Shown: one piece after another, positions 1 to 9,004 of the stretch
How positions within the stretch are numbered: position 1 is the stretch's first letter
How the letters are laid out: every line of letters begins with the position of its first letter
NCBI GenBank assembly: GCA_026417615.1
Contig: JAOACY010000120.1
Location: forward strand, 24,709 to 88,708
Length of the DNA stretch: 64,000 bases
Reading direction: 5' to 3'
Origin: Clostridia bacterium
GTDB taxonomy: Bacteria; Bacillota; Clostridia; Acetivibrionales; JAFADI01
Made by a program: the position numbers and the translations under genes
Notes under the pieces: model-generated
The model's input: the letters and a program-made list of their open reading frames with translations, nothing else
What the model was told of the DNA's origin: nothing
The model's database searches: none

Positions 1-80
1 ATGAAAAAATTAAGGAACTGCTTGCAAGATATAATTATGCTGAATGAAAAGAAATAGTTATCCGGGTAATATAAAGAAAC

Positions 81-109
81 TTGATTTCTAAAAAACAATA
101 TGATAATAT
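81..109 (+). promoter_or_regulatory. Candidate sigma-A promoter for the ATPase gene
   Basis: TTGATT (81-86), a 17-nt spacer, then TGaTAATAT extended -10 (101-109). It lies about 50 nt upstream of the ATG at 161. Confidence 0.4.
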
Positions 110-160
110 CTACTTATGAGTTGCAAACTTATGAGTTTGTAAACAGAGAGGTGATTGAAT

Positions 161-1561
161 ATGTTTGTGGGAAGACAACAGGAACTTAAAAAGTTAAACG
201 CGATGTATGAAAGCGGACAATTTGAGTTTGCTGTGATATACGGCAGGCGAAGGGTTGGCAAAACTACGCTTATTAAAGAATTCTGCAAAGGTAAAAAAGC
301 TATTTACTTTGTTGCCCGTGAAGCAAATGATTTGATTAATATAGAAAATTTCAGTACGGATGTTTTTGCTGTGACTTCAAAAGAATCAGAAGGAAATGTA
401 TATTTCTCAAATTGGGAAAAAGCCTTTGACTATATTTGCAAAATATCCCGTGATGAAAGAATTATACTGGTTATTGATGAGTATCCTTATCTTGCCCAAA
501 GCAACAGGGCAATCTCGTCTATTATACAGGCCCACATTGATATGAAGCAGAAGGACAGCAAACTATTTCTGATTCTTTGCGGTTCATCCATGAGCTTCAT
601 GGAGTATCAGGTATTAGGGTATAAAAGCCCTTTGTATGGCAGACGCACTGCCCAGTTTAAAATCAAACCCTTTACGTATTATGAATCTGCAAAAATGCTG
701 AAGGGGTTTAGCGCCGAGGAGCAGGCTGTACTATATGGAATAACAGGGGGAGTTCCTGAATATCTGGCCAGAATCAGATTGAATTTGAGCGTAAAAGAGA
801 ATATTGAAAATTTATTCTTAAGCGAATCCGGGCACTTGTTTGAAGAACCTATAAACCTTTTAAAACAGGAATTGCGAGAGCCTGCTACCTATAACGGGAT
901 CATTGCGGCTATTGCAAACGGAGCCTCAAAGCTTAATGAAATTGCTACAAAGAATGGCCTTGAAAGCAATAAATGTGCAAAATATATTTCTGCACTCATG
1001 GCATTAGGGATTATTAAAAAAGATAAACCTCTGACAGAATACGAAAGCCGGAAAAGTATTTATTTGCTGGATGATCAGATGTTCCGCTTCTGGTATAGGT
1101 TTATTCCCGGCAATATGAGCAGTATTGCAACAGGATTATCCGATATTGTATATGAAAAAGCGATTGCTCCCCAGCTTCCAAATTATATGGGGCTGATATT
1201 TGAACAAATTTGCACACAATATCTTATAAGGGAAAATGCAAAACTGTCTTTGCCTTTTGTGTTTGGAAGAATAGGCAGGTGGTGGGGCAACAATTCCGAA
1301 AAGAAGAGGCAGGAGGAGATTGATATTCTTGCTGTCGACGATGAAAATGCTATTATCGGAGAATGCAAATGGAAAAATGAACCGACGGGCATTGGAGTTT
1401 TAAATGAACTGGTAGAAAAGAGCAGGCTTTTCAAACAATATAAAAGTAAGTACTACATGATATTCTCCAAATCGGGTTTTACCAAGGAACTGGAAGAAGT
1501 TGCTGCAAAAATGGGCAATGTGGGGCTTGTGGACTTGAAAAAGCTTTATGAGGAAATATAG
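161..1561 (+). CDS. AAA-type ATPase of the archaeal-ATPase/DUF234 family
   Basis: Walker A is GRRRVGKTT and the Walker B-like motif is ILVIDEYPYL. The C-terminal region (RWWGNN...EIDILA...ECKW) is typical of DUF234-type ATPases. The ATG at 161 is preferred over the TTG at 155 because of the GAGAGGTGA RBS spacing. Confidence 0.7.
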   Translation: MFVGRQQELKKLNAMYESGQFEFAVIYGRRRVGKTTLIKEFCKGKKAIYFVAREANDLINIENFSTDVFAVTSKESEGNVYFSNWEKAFDYICKISRDERIILVIDEYPYLAQSNRAISSIIQAHIDMKQKDSKLFLILCGSSMSFMEYQVLGYKSPLYGRRTAQFKIKPFTYYESAKMLKGFSAEEQAVLYGITGGVPEYLARIRLNLSVKENIENLFLSESGHLFEEPINLLKQELREPATYNGIIAAIANGASKLNEIATKNGLESNKCAKYISALMALGIIKKDKPLTEYESRKSIYLLDDQMFRFWYRFIPGNMSSIATGLSDIVYEKAIAPQLPNYMGLIFEQICTQYLIRENAKLSLPFVFGRIGRWWGNNSEKKRQEEIDILAVDDENAIIGECKWKNEPTGIGVLNELVEKSRLFKQYKSKYYMIFSKSGFTKELEEVAAKMGNVGLVDLKKLYEEI

Positions 1562-1928
1562 ATAATGTATATGAGAACTTAAGCTAAAAAAGTTATATAC
1601 TCAAGATTCTCACTTTAATTTTGCCAGTTTCCCTTTGAAATAAGCGGGCAGGGAAACAATAAAGCGCTCCTAAAGTTCATCAACCTGCTGTTTGGTGAGA
1701 GACATTTTCTCTACCAACACAGATTTGAGTAAATTAATAATTAACTGCAATGCTTCAATGATTTTGATATCATGAAGTTCATCGCAGCAGACGTAGAATA
1801 ATTTAGTATAGTATTGCTAACAGGTACATTTCATCATCATTTTCTCATACTTTTTAATATGTACTGGCACACAAAAAGGGTTGCTTTCATATAATTAGAA
1901 GGTAGCCTATTTTTAGGAGGTGCCATTA

Positions 1929-2636
1929 TTGTTCCAACTATTAAATGTAATACTTGAGGCTCTAAAAAACACTTTCTTCCTTGCGGGCTATGTGTCAAAC
2001 GCAAATTCTTTTCCCCAGCCCCTGTCCCCCGAAGAAGAACAAAAGTATGTAGAAGCATTTAAGAACGGATCGGAAGAAGCCCGGAATATTCTTATAGAGA
2101 GAAATTTAAGGCTCGTTGCCCATATAGTGAAAAAATACAGTTCAACGGGAAGCGATAGCGACGATTTGATTTCAATAGGCACAATCGGCCTTATTAAAGC
2201 AATTTCCACCTTTGATCTTGAGAAAGGTACAAGACTGGCGACATATGCCGCAAGGTGCATTGAAAATGAAATACTGATGCAAATAAGGTCTTCGAAGAAG
2301 ATACTGAATGAAGTCTCGCTGCAGGATCCCATCGGCACAGATCGCGAGGGCAACGAAATAACGCTTATTGATGTAATTGGTATTGAGGCTGAGTCTGTTG
2401 TTGACGAAGTGGAATTGAAAATGCAGGTTAGAAGGCTGTACAAAAAGATGAAGGCTGTATTGAAGAACCGGGAGAAGATAGTGCTGGAATTGAGGTATGG
2501 ACTTCTGAACGGAAGCAGCAAGACCCAGCGGGAAATAGCAAAAATGCTTGGAATATCAAGATCCTATGTGTCAAGAATAGAGAAAAAGGCAATCAAAAAG
2601 CTAAGCAGGGAGCTTAAACCGGAGAGCTGTCAGTAG
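1929..2636 (+). CDS. sigK: Sporulation sigma factor SigK (pro-sigma-K), uninterrupted
   Basis: The N-terminus ...FFLAGYVSNANSFPQPLSPEEEQKYV, followed by NLRLVAHIVKKY and ATYAARCIENEILM, closely resembles B. subtilis pro-SigK. A hydrophobic pro-sequence of about 19 aa precedes YVSN. TTG 1929 lies 8 nt after AGGAGG. The GTG at 1920 in the ORF track overlaps the RBS. Confidence 0.85.
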   Translation: MFQLLNVILEALKNTFFLAGYVSNANSFPQPLSPEEEQKYVEAFKNGSEEARNILIERNLRLVAHIVKKYSSTGSDSDDLISIGTIGLIKAISTFDLEKGTRLATYAARCIENEILMQIRSSKKILNEVSLQDPIGTDREGNEITLIDVIGIEAESVVDEVELKMQVRRLYKKMKAVLKNREKIVLELRYGLLNGSSKTQREIAKMLGISRSYVSRIEKKAIKKLSRELKPESCQ

Positions 2637-2656
2637 TGGCAGCTCTCTTATTCTTC
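2622..2656. terminator. Hairpin between convergent sigK and ytvI-like genes
   Basis: GAGAGCTG (2622-2629) pairs with CAGCTCTC (2640-2647), followed by TTATTCTTC. The hairpin spans the sigK stop codon. Confidence 0.4.
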
Positions 2657-3754
2657 AGAATGAGATATCATGCTTTTCAGGCTTTTGCCCTTAAATAATC
2701 CCATCAAAATATTTTTTAGCAGAAGAAGGGTTACAGGTCCTAGTATCAAGCCGGCAAACCCCAGAAGATTCAGTCCTGTATACATGGCCATGAGTGTCAG
2801 CAAAGGGTGTATGCCTATTTGTTCTCCGACAATTTTGGGCTCAATAAGCTGACGCACAATCAAAACAATGAAATACAGTATAAACAAAGACAGGCCCATT
2901 CTTATATCACCGGTAACTATGTTATAAAGCCCCCAAGGTATTAGGACCGTGCCGGTGCCTAGTATGGGAAGAGCATCCACTATGCTTATAACAAGAGCAA
3001 GGAGCAATGTGTACCTGACGCCTATAATTGTGAACCCGATGCTAAGCTCAGTAAATGTGATTGCCAGAAGTATGCACAAAGCCTTAAGGTATCCGAAGAA
3101 TGCAAAAAACATGTCATTTTTAATATCACGGAACTTCACAATCCATGACTCCGGAAACTGGGACACGAAAACATCTGCGATTTTCTCCCTGTCGCTGGCA
3201 AGAAAGTAGGTTGAAAGAATAGTAACTATAACAATTATAAGTCCCTGGGGTATTCCGCTTATACCTTTTATTATTTTGCCCAAAGGTTTGGACAGATCTC
3301 CAAGTATGCTTTCTATGTTCAGCTTATTGGGAAGCTGTGATTTCAAGCCTTCCAGGTTGCTTATTACTTCTTCAGGCAGCTCATTATACATATCTGTCGC
3401 CCTGTTTATTAGAGCGATTATTTCCTGATAAATTTGTGAAACATATACAGGAAGATGAAGCGAGAGCTCTCTTGCTTCCGCTATAAGCTTATTAATCAGA
3501 AGGAATAATACAGAACCAAAGGCAACAAGGACAATCAGCAGCGTAATGGCGGCAGCCAGCTTGCGGCGTATTTTGAATCTTGACGATAAAAACCTTATTA
3601 CAGGTTCCATTAGGGTAGCAACCAGGTAGGCTATCAAAAAGGGAGCAAAGAAAACAGCAAGCTTAAAACAAACAACAATTCCCGCCAGTATGCCTAATAC
3701 AATTAAAGCAAGCTTCAATACTTTCATTAAATCCATATTGTTTATTTTGACCAT
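2648..3754 (-). CDS. ytvI: AI-2E family (UPF0118) integral membrane protein, YtvI-like
   Basis: 368 aa and polytopic. The layout has a long central loop, and the C-terminal motifs (PILGTG..IPWG, EPKIVG..IG.HPL) match the AI-2E/YtvI family. Confidence 0.7.
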   Translation of the reverse strand: MVKINNMDLMKVLKLALIVLGILAGIVVCFKLAVFFAPFLIAYLVATLMEPVIRFLSSRFKIRRKLAAAITLLIVLVAFGSVLFLLINKLIAEARELSLHLPVYVSQIYQEIIALINRATDMYNELPEEVISNLEGLKSQLPNKLNIESILGDLSKPLGKIIKGISGIPQGLIIVIVTILSTYFLASDREKIADVFVSQFPESWIVKFRDIKNDMFFAFFGYLKALCILLAITFTELSIGFTIIGVRYTLLLALVISIVDALPILGTGTVLIPWGLYNIVTGDIRMGLSLFILYFIVLIVRQLIEPKIVGEQIGIHPLLTLMAMYTGLNLLGFAGLILGPVTLLLLKNILMGLFKGKSLKSMISHSEE

Positions 3755-3845
3755 TATTGTATTCCTTCAAGATTTATTATAATCTAATCAAGCAGACTAT
3801 ACTCTAAGTTTAAACCAGTGAGCATTAGCAGTCAACAAAAAAATG

Positions 3846-3874
3846 TTGATAAAAAGTATTTCATGTGTTATACT
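3846..3874 (+). promoter_or_regulatory. Candidate sigma-A promoter of rpsB
   Basis: TTGATA (3846-3851), a 17-nt spacer, then TGtTATACT extended -10 (3866-3874). Confidence 0.55.
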
Positions 3875-4009
3875 ACTACACGGAAAAATACACACATTGC
3901 ATGATTTGCAGAACGTTGCTCAAGGTCTGAAAGCAGAAGCGATTACAAACCTGGGTATTCTGCGGAAACGACTGCAATGGAGGTATAAAACGAACAGGAG
4001 GAGTTTTTA

Positions 4010-4774
4010 ATGTCAGTAATTTCAATGAAGCAACTGCTTGAAGCAGGCGTACACTTTGGTCACCAGACCAGAAGATGGAATCCCAAAATGGCCGAATACA
4101 TCTTTACAGAGCGTAACGGCATCTACATCATCGATCTTCAGAAGACAGTGAAAAAGGTAGAAGAGGCGTATTTATTCATCAGAGAAGTAGCGGCAAACGG
4201 TGAGGATGTGCTTTTTGTAGGAACAAAGAAGCAGGCTCAGGACTCAATCAAGGAAGAAGCTGAAAGGAGCGGTCAGTATTACGTTAACGCAAGATGGCTG
4301 GGCGGTATGCTGACAAACTTCAAGACAATCCGCAAAAGAATCGAAAGATTGAATCAGCTGGCTGACATGGAGAAGAACGGCATATTCGAAGTGTTTCCCA
4401 AAAAAGAAGTTATAAAGCTGAGGGCTGAAATGGAGAAGCTGGAGAAATATTTAGGCGGAATAAAGAACATGAAGAGGATTCCCGGAGCTTTATTCATAGT
4501 TGACCCAAAGAAAGAAAGGAATGCAATCCTTGAAGCAAGAAAGCTTGGAATACCTGTTGTTGCGATAGTAGATACCAACTGCGACCCCGATGAAGTGGAT
4601 TATGTGATTCCGGGCAATGACGATGCTATCAGAGCGGTTAAGCTTATAGCCGGAAAAATGGCTGATGCCATAATAGAAGCCCGCCAGGGAGAGCAGCTGT
4701 CTGAAACCTCGCAGGATGAACGTTCTGCGGATAATCTTGAAATTGAAGTTCCGGAAATTGAAACGGAAGAATAA
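4010..4774 (+). CDS. rpsB: 30S ribosomal protein S2
   Basis: [27 protein letters not shown] is the canonical S2 N-terminus. An AGGAGG RBS is present. Confidence 0.97.
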   Translation: MSVISMKQLLEAGVHFGHQTRRWNPKMAEYIFTERNGIYIIDLQKTVKKVEEAYLFIREVAANGEDVLFVGTKKQAQDSIKEEAERSGQYYVNARWLGGMLTNFKTIRKRIERLNQLADMEKNGIFEVFPKKEVIKLRAEMEKLEKYLGGIKNMKRIPGALFIVDPKKERNAILEARKLGIPVVAIVDTNCDPDEVDYVIPGNDDAIRAVKLIAGKMADAIIEARQGEQLSETSQDERSADNLEIEVPEIETEE

Positions 4775-4780
4775 AAGTAT

Positions 4781-4983
4781 GATTCTACTCAAAGAACAGC
4801 TTTTCTCGGAACAAGATGCAAAAATCACTCGGCGAAGTTGAAGGAATTCCGAAGCCAAAATGCCATGGAGGGCATTTTGAGCATCACGTGACAGGATGTC
4901 ATATTGATACGTGCGAGGAATTGCAAGACAAGTCGATAGTGATTTCATCGAAGTTTCAGAAAATGGGTTCTTGCAGTAGAATC
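4781..4983 (+). mobile_element. Full-length (203 bp) MITE-like nested-palindrome repeat, copy A
   Basis: Terminal inverted repeats are GATTCTACTCAAAGAAC and GTTCTTGCAGTAGAATC. A direct AAGTAT is present at 4775-4780 and 4984-4989. Internal hairpins lie at 4857-4878 and 4889-4901. By hand alignment it is roughly 87 percent identical to the inverted copy at 44060-44262. Confidence 0.75.
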
Positions 4984-5045
4984 AAGTATAAAAAAAGCGT
5001 TTTAAAGTTAATAATTATGAATAGTTTATGTTTGGAGGAGTTAAC

Positions 5046-5693
5046 ATGATTACTGCAGATATGGTAAAACAGCTTCGCGAAAGAACCGGAGCAGGCATGA
5101 TGGACTGCAAGAAGGCTCTTAATGAATCGAACGGAGATATGGAAAAGGCAATCGAATATCTGAGGGAAAAGGGCTTGGCGGCTGCAGCAAAGAAAGCCGG
5201 AAGGATAGCTGCTGAAGGTATCGTTGATGCTTACATTCACGGAAACGGCAGAATCGGTGTTCTTATTGAAGTAAATATAGAAACTGACTTTGCTGCCAAA
5301 AACGAAGACTTCAGAAGCTTTGTAAGGGATATTGCAATGCAGATTGCGGCAAGCAAGCCGGAATATATAAGGAGAGAAGAGGTTCCTGCGGAGATTATCG
5401 AGAAGGAAAAAGAAATATTGAGGGCTCAGGCTCTTAATGAAGGTAAGCCTGAGAAAATAGTGGACAAAATGGTTGAAGGCAGAATTGAAAAGTTTTTCAA
5501 AGAGGTTTGTCTCCTTGAGCAGCCTTTTATAAAGGATCCGGACAGAACTGTTCTCCAGCTTTTGAATGAAAAGATTGCAACAATCGGAGAAAATATCAAT
5601 ATCAGAAGATTCGTGAGATTTGAAAGAGGCGAAGGTCTTGCCAAGAAGGAAGAGAATTTCGCCGAAGAAGTAATGAAGCAGATCGGCGGCTGA
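5046..5693 (+). CDS. tsf: Elongation factor Ts (short form)
   Basis: [25 protein letters not shown] is the canonical EF-Ts UBA-like N-terminus. ATG 5046 follows a GGAGG RBS. Confidence 0.95.
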   Translation: MITADMVKQLRERTGAGMMDCKKALNESNGDMEKAIEYLREKGLAAAAKKAGRIAAEGIVDAYIHGNGRIGVLIEVNIETDFAAKNEDFRSFVRDIAMQIAASKPEYIRREEVPAEIIEKEKEILRAQALNEGKPEKIVDKMVEGRIEKFFKEVCLLEQPFIKDPDRTVLQLLNEKIATIGENINIRRFVRFERGEGLAKKEENFAEEVMKQIGG

Positions 5694-5709
5694 TAACTTG
5701 TATATTGGG

Positions 5710-5743
5710 GGAACATATAAGTTCATTATATGTTCCTTTATTT
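5710..5743 (+). terminator. Rho-independent terminator after tsf
   Basis: GGAACATATAA (5710-5720) pairs with TTATATGTTCC (5726-5736). The loop is 5 nt and TTTATTT follows. Confidence 0.7.
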
Positions 5744-5793
5744 ACGATATAAAATGTTCAGAATTGATGCAGGAATTTCTTGAGTTGATGTAG

Positions 5794-6534
<741 letters not shown>

Positions 6535-6549
6535 TCAAGGAGGTTTTTT

Positions 6550-7107
6550 ATGTCTAAGGAAGCGTATAAACATATGGAAGAGAAAATGAAAAAAACAATT
6601 CATGCTTTGAAGGAGAACCTTGCAGGAATTAGAGCTGGAAGAGCCAATCCTGCAATACTTGATAAAGTTGCAGTAGACTATTATGGCGTTCCGACTCCAA
6701 TAAACCAGCTAGGAAACATATCTGTTCCCGAAGCCAGGATTATTTTAATACAGCCATGGGATGCAAAGCTTTTGAAGGAAATTGAAAAAGCTATTCAAAA
6801 GTCTGATATAGGCATCAACCCCTCCAATGACGGCAAGGTGATAAGGCTTGTTTTCCCGCCTTTGACAGAAGAAAGAAGAAAAGAACTGACGAAGGTGGTT
6901 AAAAAGGACGGAGAGGAAGCAAAAGTAGCTATCAGATCCATAAGACGAGATGCGGTTGAAGATGTGAAGGTACAGAAAAAGAACGGGGAAATAACTGAGG
7001 ACGATTTGAAGGATATTGAGAAGGAAATACAAAATATAACTGATAAGTACATAGCAGAAATAGACAAGATTGTTGAGGCTAAGGACAAAGAAATTATGGA
7101 AGTGTGA
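6550..7107 (+). CDS. frr: Ribosome recycling factor
   Basis: 185 aa. [21 protein letters not shown] is the canonical RRF sequence. Confidence 0.95.
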   Translation: MSKEAYKHMEEKMKKTIHALKENLAGIRAGRANPAILDKVAVDYYGVPTPINQLGNISVPEARIILIQPWDAKLLKEIEKAIQKSDIGINPSNDGKVIRLVFPPLTEERRKELTKVVKKDGEEAKVAIRSIRRDAVEDVKVQKKNGEITEDDLKDIEKEIQNITDKYIAEIDKIVEAKDKEIMEV

Positions 7108-7108
7108 T

Positions 7109-7327
7109 ATGTATAGCGGCAGGGTTGAAGGGGTACCCGACGTTGTTGGCTTGCCTTGCGGTGAAGCAATGGATATACTTAGGCAAGCAGGTATAGCTGT
7201 CACGCGGGTGGAAATAACTTATCCTCCAAGGGAAAAATCCGAAAGCTTTGATGACAGCTACAGGGTCATAAGAATAAAAAATAATGCCGGTAAAAGCGTT
7301 GAATTGCTTGTTTGCAAGCCCCTCTGA
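7109..7327 (+). CDS. Small stand-alone PASTA-like domain protein (72 aa)
   Basis: VPDVVGLPCGEAMDILRQAGIAVTRVEI...VIRIKN..GKSVELLV resembles a single PASTA fold. The ATG lies 1 nt after the frr stop codon, which suggests translational coupling. Confidence 0.5.
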   Translation: MYSGRVEGVPDVVGLPCGEAMDILRQAGIAVTRVEITYPPREKSESFDDSYRVIRIKNNAGKSVELLVCKPL

Positions 7328-7387
7328 TAAGGAGGGGTTGTTCATTACTGCTCAAGTAAGCTTAAGCTTACACAATCGGAGGTCAAG

Positions 7388-8137
7388 ATGAGCTTTTTTA
7401 CAAGCTTTTTTAAAAAAAATCAAGTTGATATTGATAAAAATAATTTACCCCGGCATATTGCCATAATTATGGACGGTAACGGGCGCTGGGCGAAAAAGAG
7501 AGGCCTGCCGAGGAATGCAGGCCACAGGGAAGGTTCCAATGCTCTAAAAAATATTGTTGTTTTTAGTGACAAAATTGGTATAAAATATTTAACAGTATAT
7601 GCATTTTCCACGGAGAATTGGAAAAGGCCAAAAAGCGAAGTAGATGCTTTGATGGGGTTGCTGCTTGAGTATTTAAAAAATGCAGAGCGTGAATTACACG
7701 GTAAAAATATACGTATAAGAGTAATAGGAGATGTAAACGGACTTCCGGAGGATATTAAAAAAGAAATTGCAAGAGTGGATAAGCTTACAGCAAAGAATAC
7801 GGGACTTAGTTTGAATATTGCATTAAACTATGGAAGCAGGAATGAAATTGTTAATGCCGTAAAGAGTCTTTGTGTGGATGTAAAAAACGGAAGGCTTTCT
7901 GTCAAGGATATTGATGAAGACAGTATAGCAGGAAGATTATACACCTTCGATATGCCTGATCCCGACCTAATTATACGCACCAGCGGCGAGAAAAGGATTA
8001 GCAATTTCCTGCTTTGGCAGTCAGCCTACACTGAGTTTTGGTTTACTGATGTGCTCTGGCCTGATTTTAAGGACAATCACCTGATAGAGGCAATAAAAGA
8101 ATACCAGAGCAGACATAGAAGGTTTGGAGGAGCATAG
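7388..8137 (+). CDS. uppS: Undecaprenyl-diphosphate synthase (isoprenyl transferase)
   Basis: [23 protein letters not shown] and RTSGE.R.SNFLLWQ motifs are present. Confidence 0.95.
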   Translation: MSFFTSFFKKNQVDIDKNNLPRHIAIIMDGNGRWAKKRGLPRNAGHREGSNALKNIVVFSDKIGIKYLTVYAFSTENWKRPKSEVDALMGLLLEYLKNAERELHGKNIRIRVIGDVNGLPEDIKKEIARVDKLTAKNTGLSLNIALNYGSRNEIVNAVKSLCVDVKNGRLSVKDIDEDSIAGRLYTFDMPDPDLIIRTSGEKRISNFLLWQSAYTEFWFTDVLWPDFKDNHLIEAIKEYQSRHRRFGGA

Positions 8138-8139
8138 CT

Positions 8140-8982
8140 TTGAGAAAAAGGATTGTCAGCGCTTTAATAGGGCTTGTCTTGTTGATATCAATATTATCCT
8201 TTGGGAATATTGCCTTGGGTTTGGGCACCCTGGCCCTTGCTCTCATTGGTATTCACGAGCTCTATAATGCAGTTGAGAATGCCGGATACAAGCCTATTAG
8301 GATAATAGGCTATATTTACTGCATACCTGTTTTCTTTCTGAGCCTCAACCAGGAATATCAAAGGATTAATTCCTACCTGGACCTTTTCAGGTCGTTGAAT
8401 TATTTTTCCTTTGGCATATTTGTAACAATCGTTGTATTGTTTTCGATAATGATTTTCCTCCATGACAAGTATAATCTTAGTGATATATCCCTTACGGTTT
8501 TTGGTATTCTTTATGTACCTTTTCTCTTGGCCTTTATGGTTCTTACAAGAAATCTAAGCAACGGCATTTACTATATTTGGCTGATATTTATAGGTGCATG
8601 GGCTACCGATACTTTTGCCTATTTTACAGGGATGTTTTTCGGAAGAAACAAGCTCCTCCCCGCAATAAGCCCCAAAAAGACCGTAGAAGGTTCGCTTGGA
8701 GGGGTTGCGGGATGCATAGCCGTTACTGTGTTATACGGAGTTTTTGTCAACCTGTATATCCATCAGAGTATCTCCCTTTACCATTATGCCATAATTGGAA
8801 TACTTAACGGGATCATTTCTCAGATTGGTGACTGGGCTGCTTCCGCAATAAAGAGGTATGTTGGAATCAAGGATTATGGAAGGGTAATGCCGGGCCACGG
8901 GGGAGTTCTTGACAGGTTTGACAGTATATTGTTCATTGCGCCTGTGGTTTATTACTATTTAACTTTTATTGCATTAAAATGA
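8140..8982 (+). CDS. cdsA: Phosphatidate cytidylyltransferase
   Basis: Polytopic protein with the C-terminal signature SAIKR..GIKDYG..MPGHGGVLDRFDS. The start is TTG. Confidence 0.9.
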   Translation: MRKRIVSALIGLVLLISILSFGNIALGLGTLALALIGIHELYNAVENAGYKPIRIIGYIYCIPVFFLSLNQEYQRINSYLDLFRSLNYFSFGIFVTIVVLFSIMIFLHDKYNLSDISLTVFGILYVPFLLAFMVLTRNLSNGIYYIWLIFIGAWATDTFAYFTGMFFGRNKLLPAISPKKTVEGSLGGVAGCIAVTVLYGVFVNLYIHQSISLYHYAIIGILNGIISQIGDWAASAIKRYVGIKDYGRVMPGHGGVLDRFDSILFIAPVVYYYLTFIALK

Positions 8983-9004
8983 GTATCGTCAGGAGATTTG
9001 CATA

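Noticed and set aside
1-57. Short open frame at the window edge (MKKLRNCLQDIIMLNEKK-stop), possibly the 3-prime end of an upstream gene.
   Set aside because: Only 18 codons are visible, which is too little sequence to assign or to confirm as coding.
161-1561. The DUF234-type AAA ATPase as the core of a defence or other novel system.
   Set aside because: It is a single gene with its own promoter. It has no adjacent nuclease, methylase, toxin or other partner gene. The next gene is sigK, after a 360-bp gap. There is no sequence-level evidence for a multi-gene system.
4816-5049. 77-aa His/Cys-rich ORF (…KCHGGHFEHHVTGCHIDTCEE…), with a similar 71-aa ORF at 44012-44227 on the other strand. The pair looks like a conserved small metal-binding protein.
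   Set aside because: Both ORFs lie entirely inside the two full-length repeat copies. A codon-by-codon comparison of the shared 56 codons gives about 14 amino-acid-changing differences and only 4 silent ones, close to the neutral expectation. Neither ORF has an RBS, and the reading frame runs through the palindromic stems. I treat them as incidental translations of a non-coding repeat.
4956-5726. Long antisense ORFs opposite well-supported genes. Examples are 4956-5726, 1988-2521, 9052-9699, 24078-24638, 32716-33294 and 40256-40840, all on the minus strand.
   Set aside because: Each is a shadow frame of a confidently identified housekeeping or ABC gene. They have low-complexity composition, no RBS and no recognisable motifs.
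7356-7371. Perfect 16-bp palindrome GTAAGCTTAAGCTTAC (two HindIII sites) between the PASTA-like ORF and uppS.
   Set aside because: It is short, occurs once, and has no U-tract and no matching motif elsewhere in the window. This is insufficient to call a terminator or operator.
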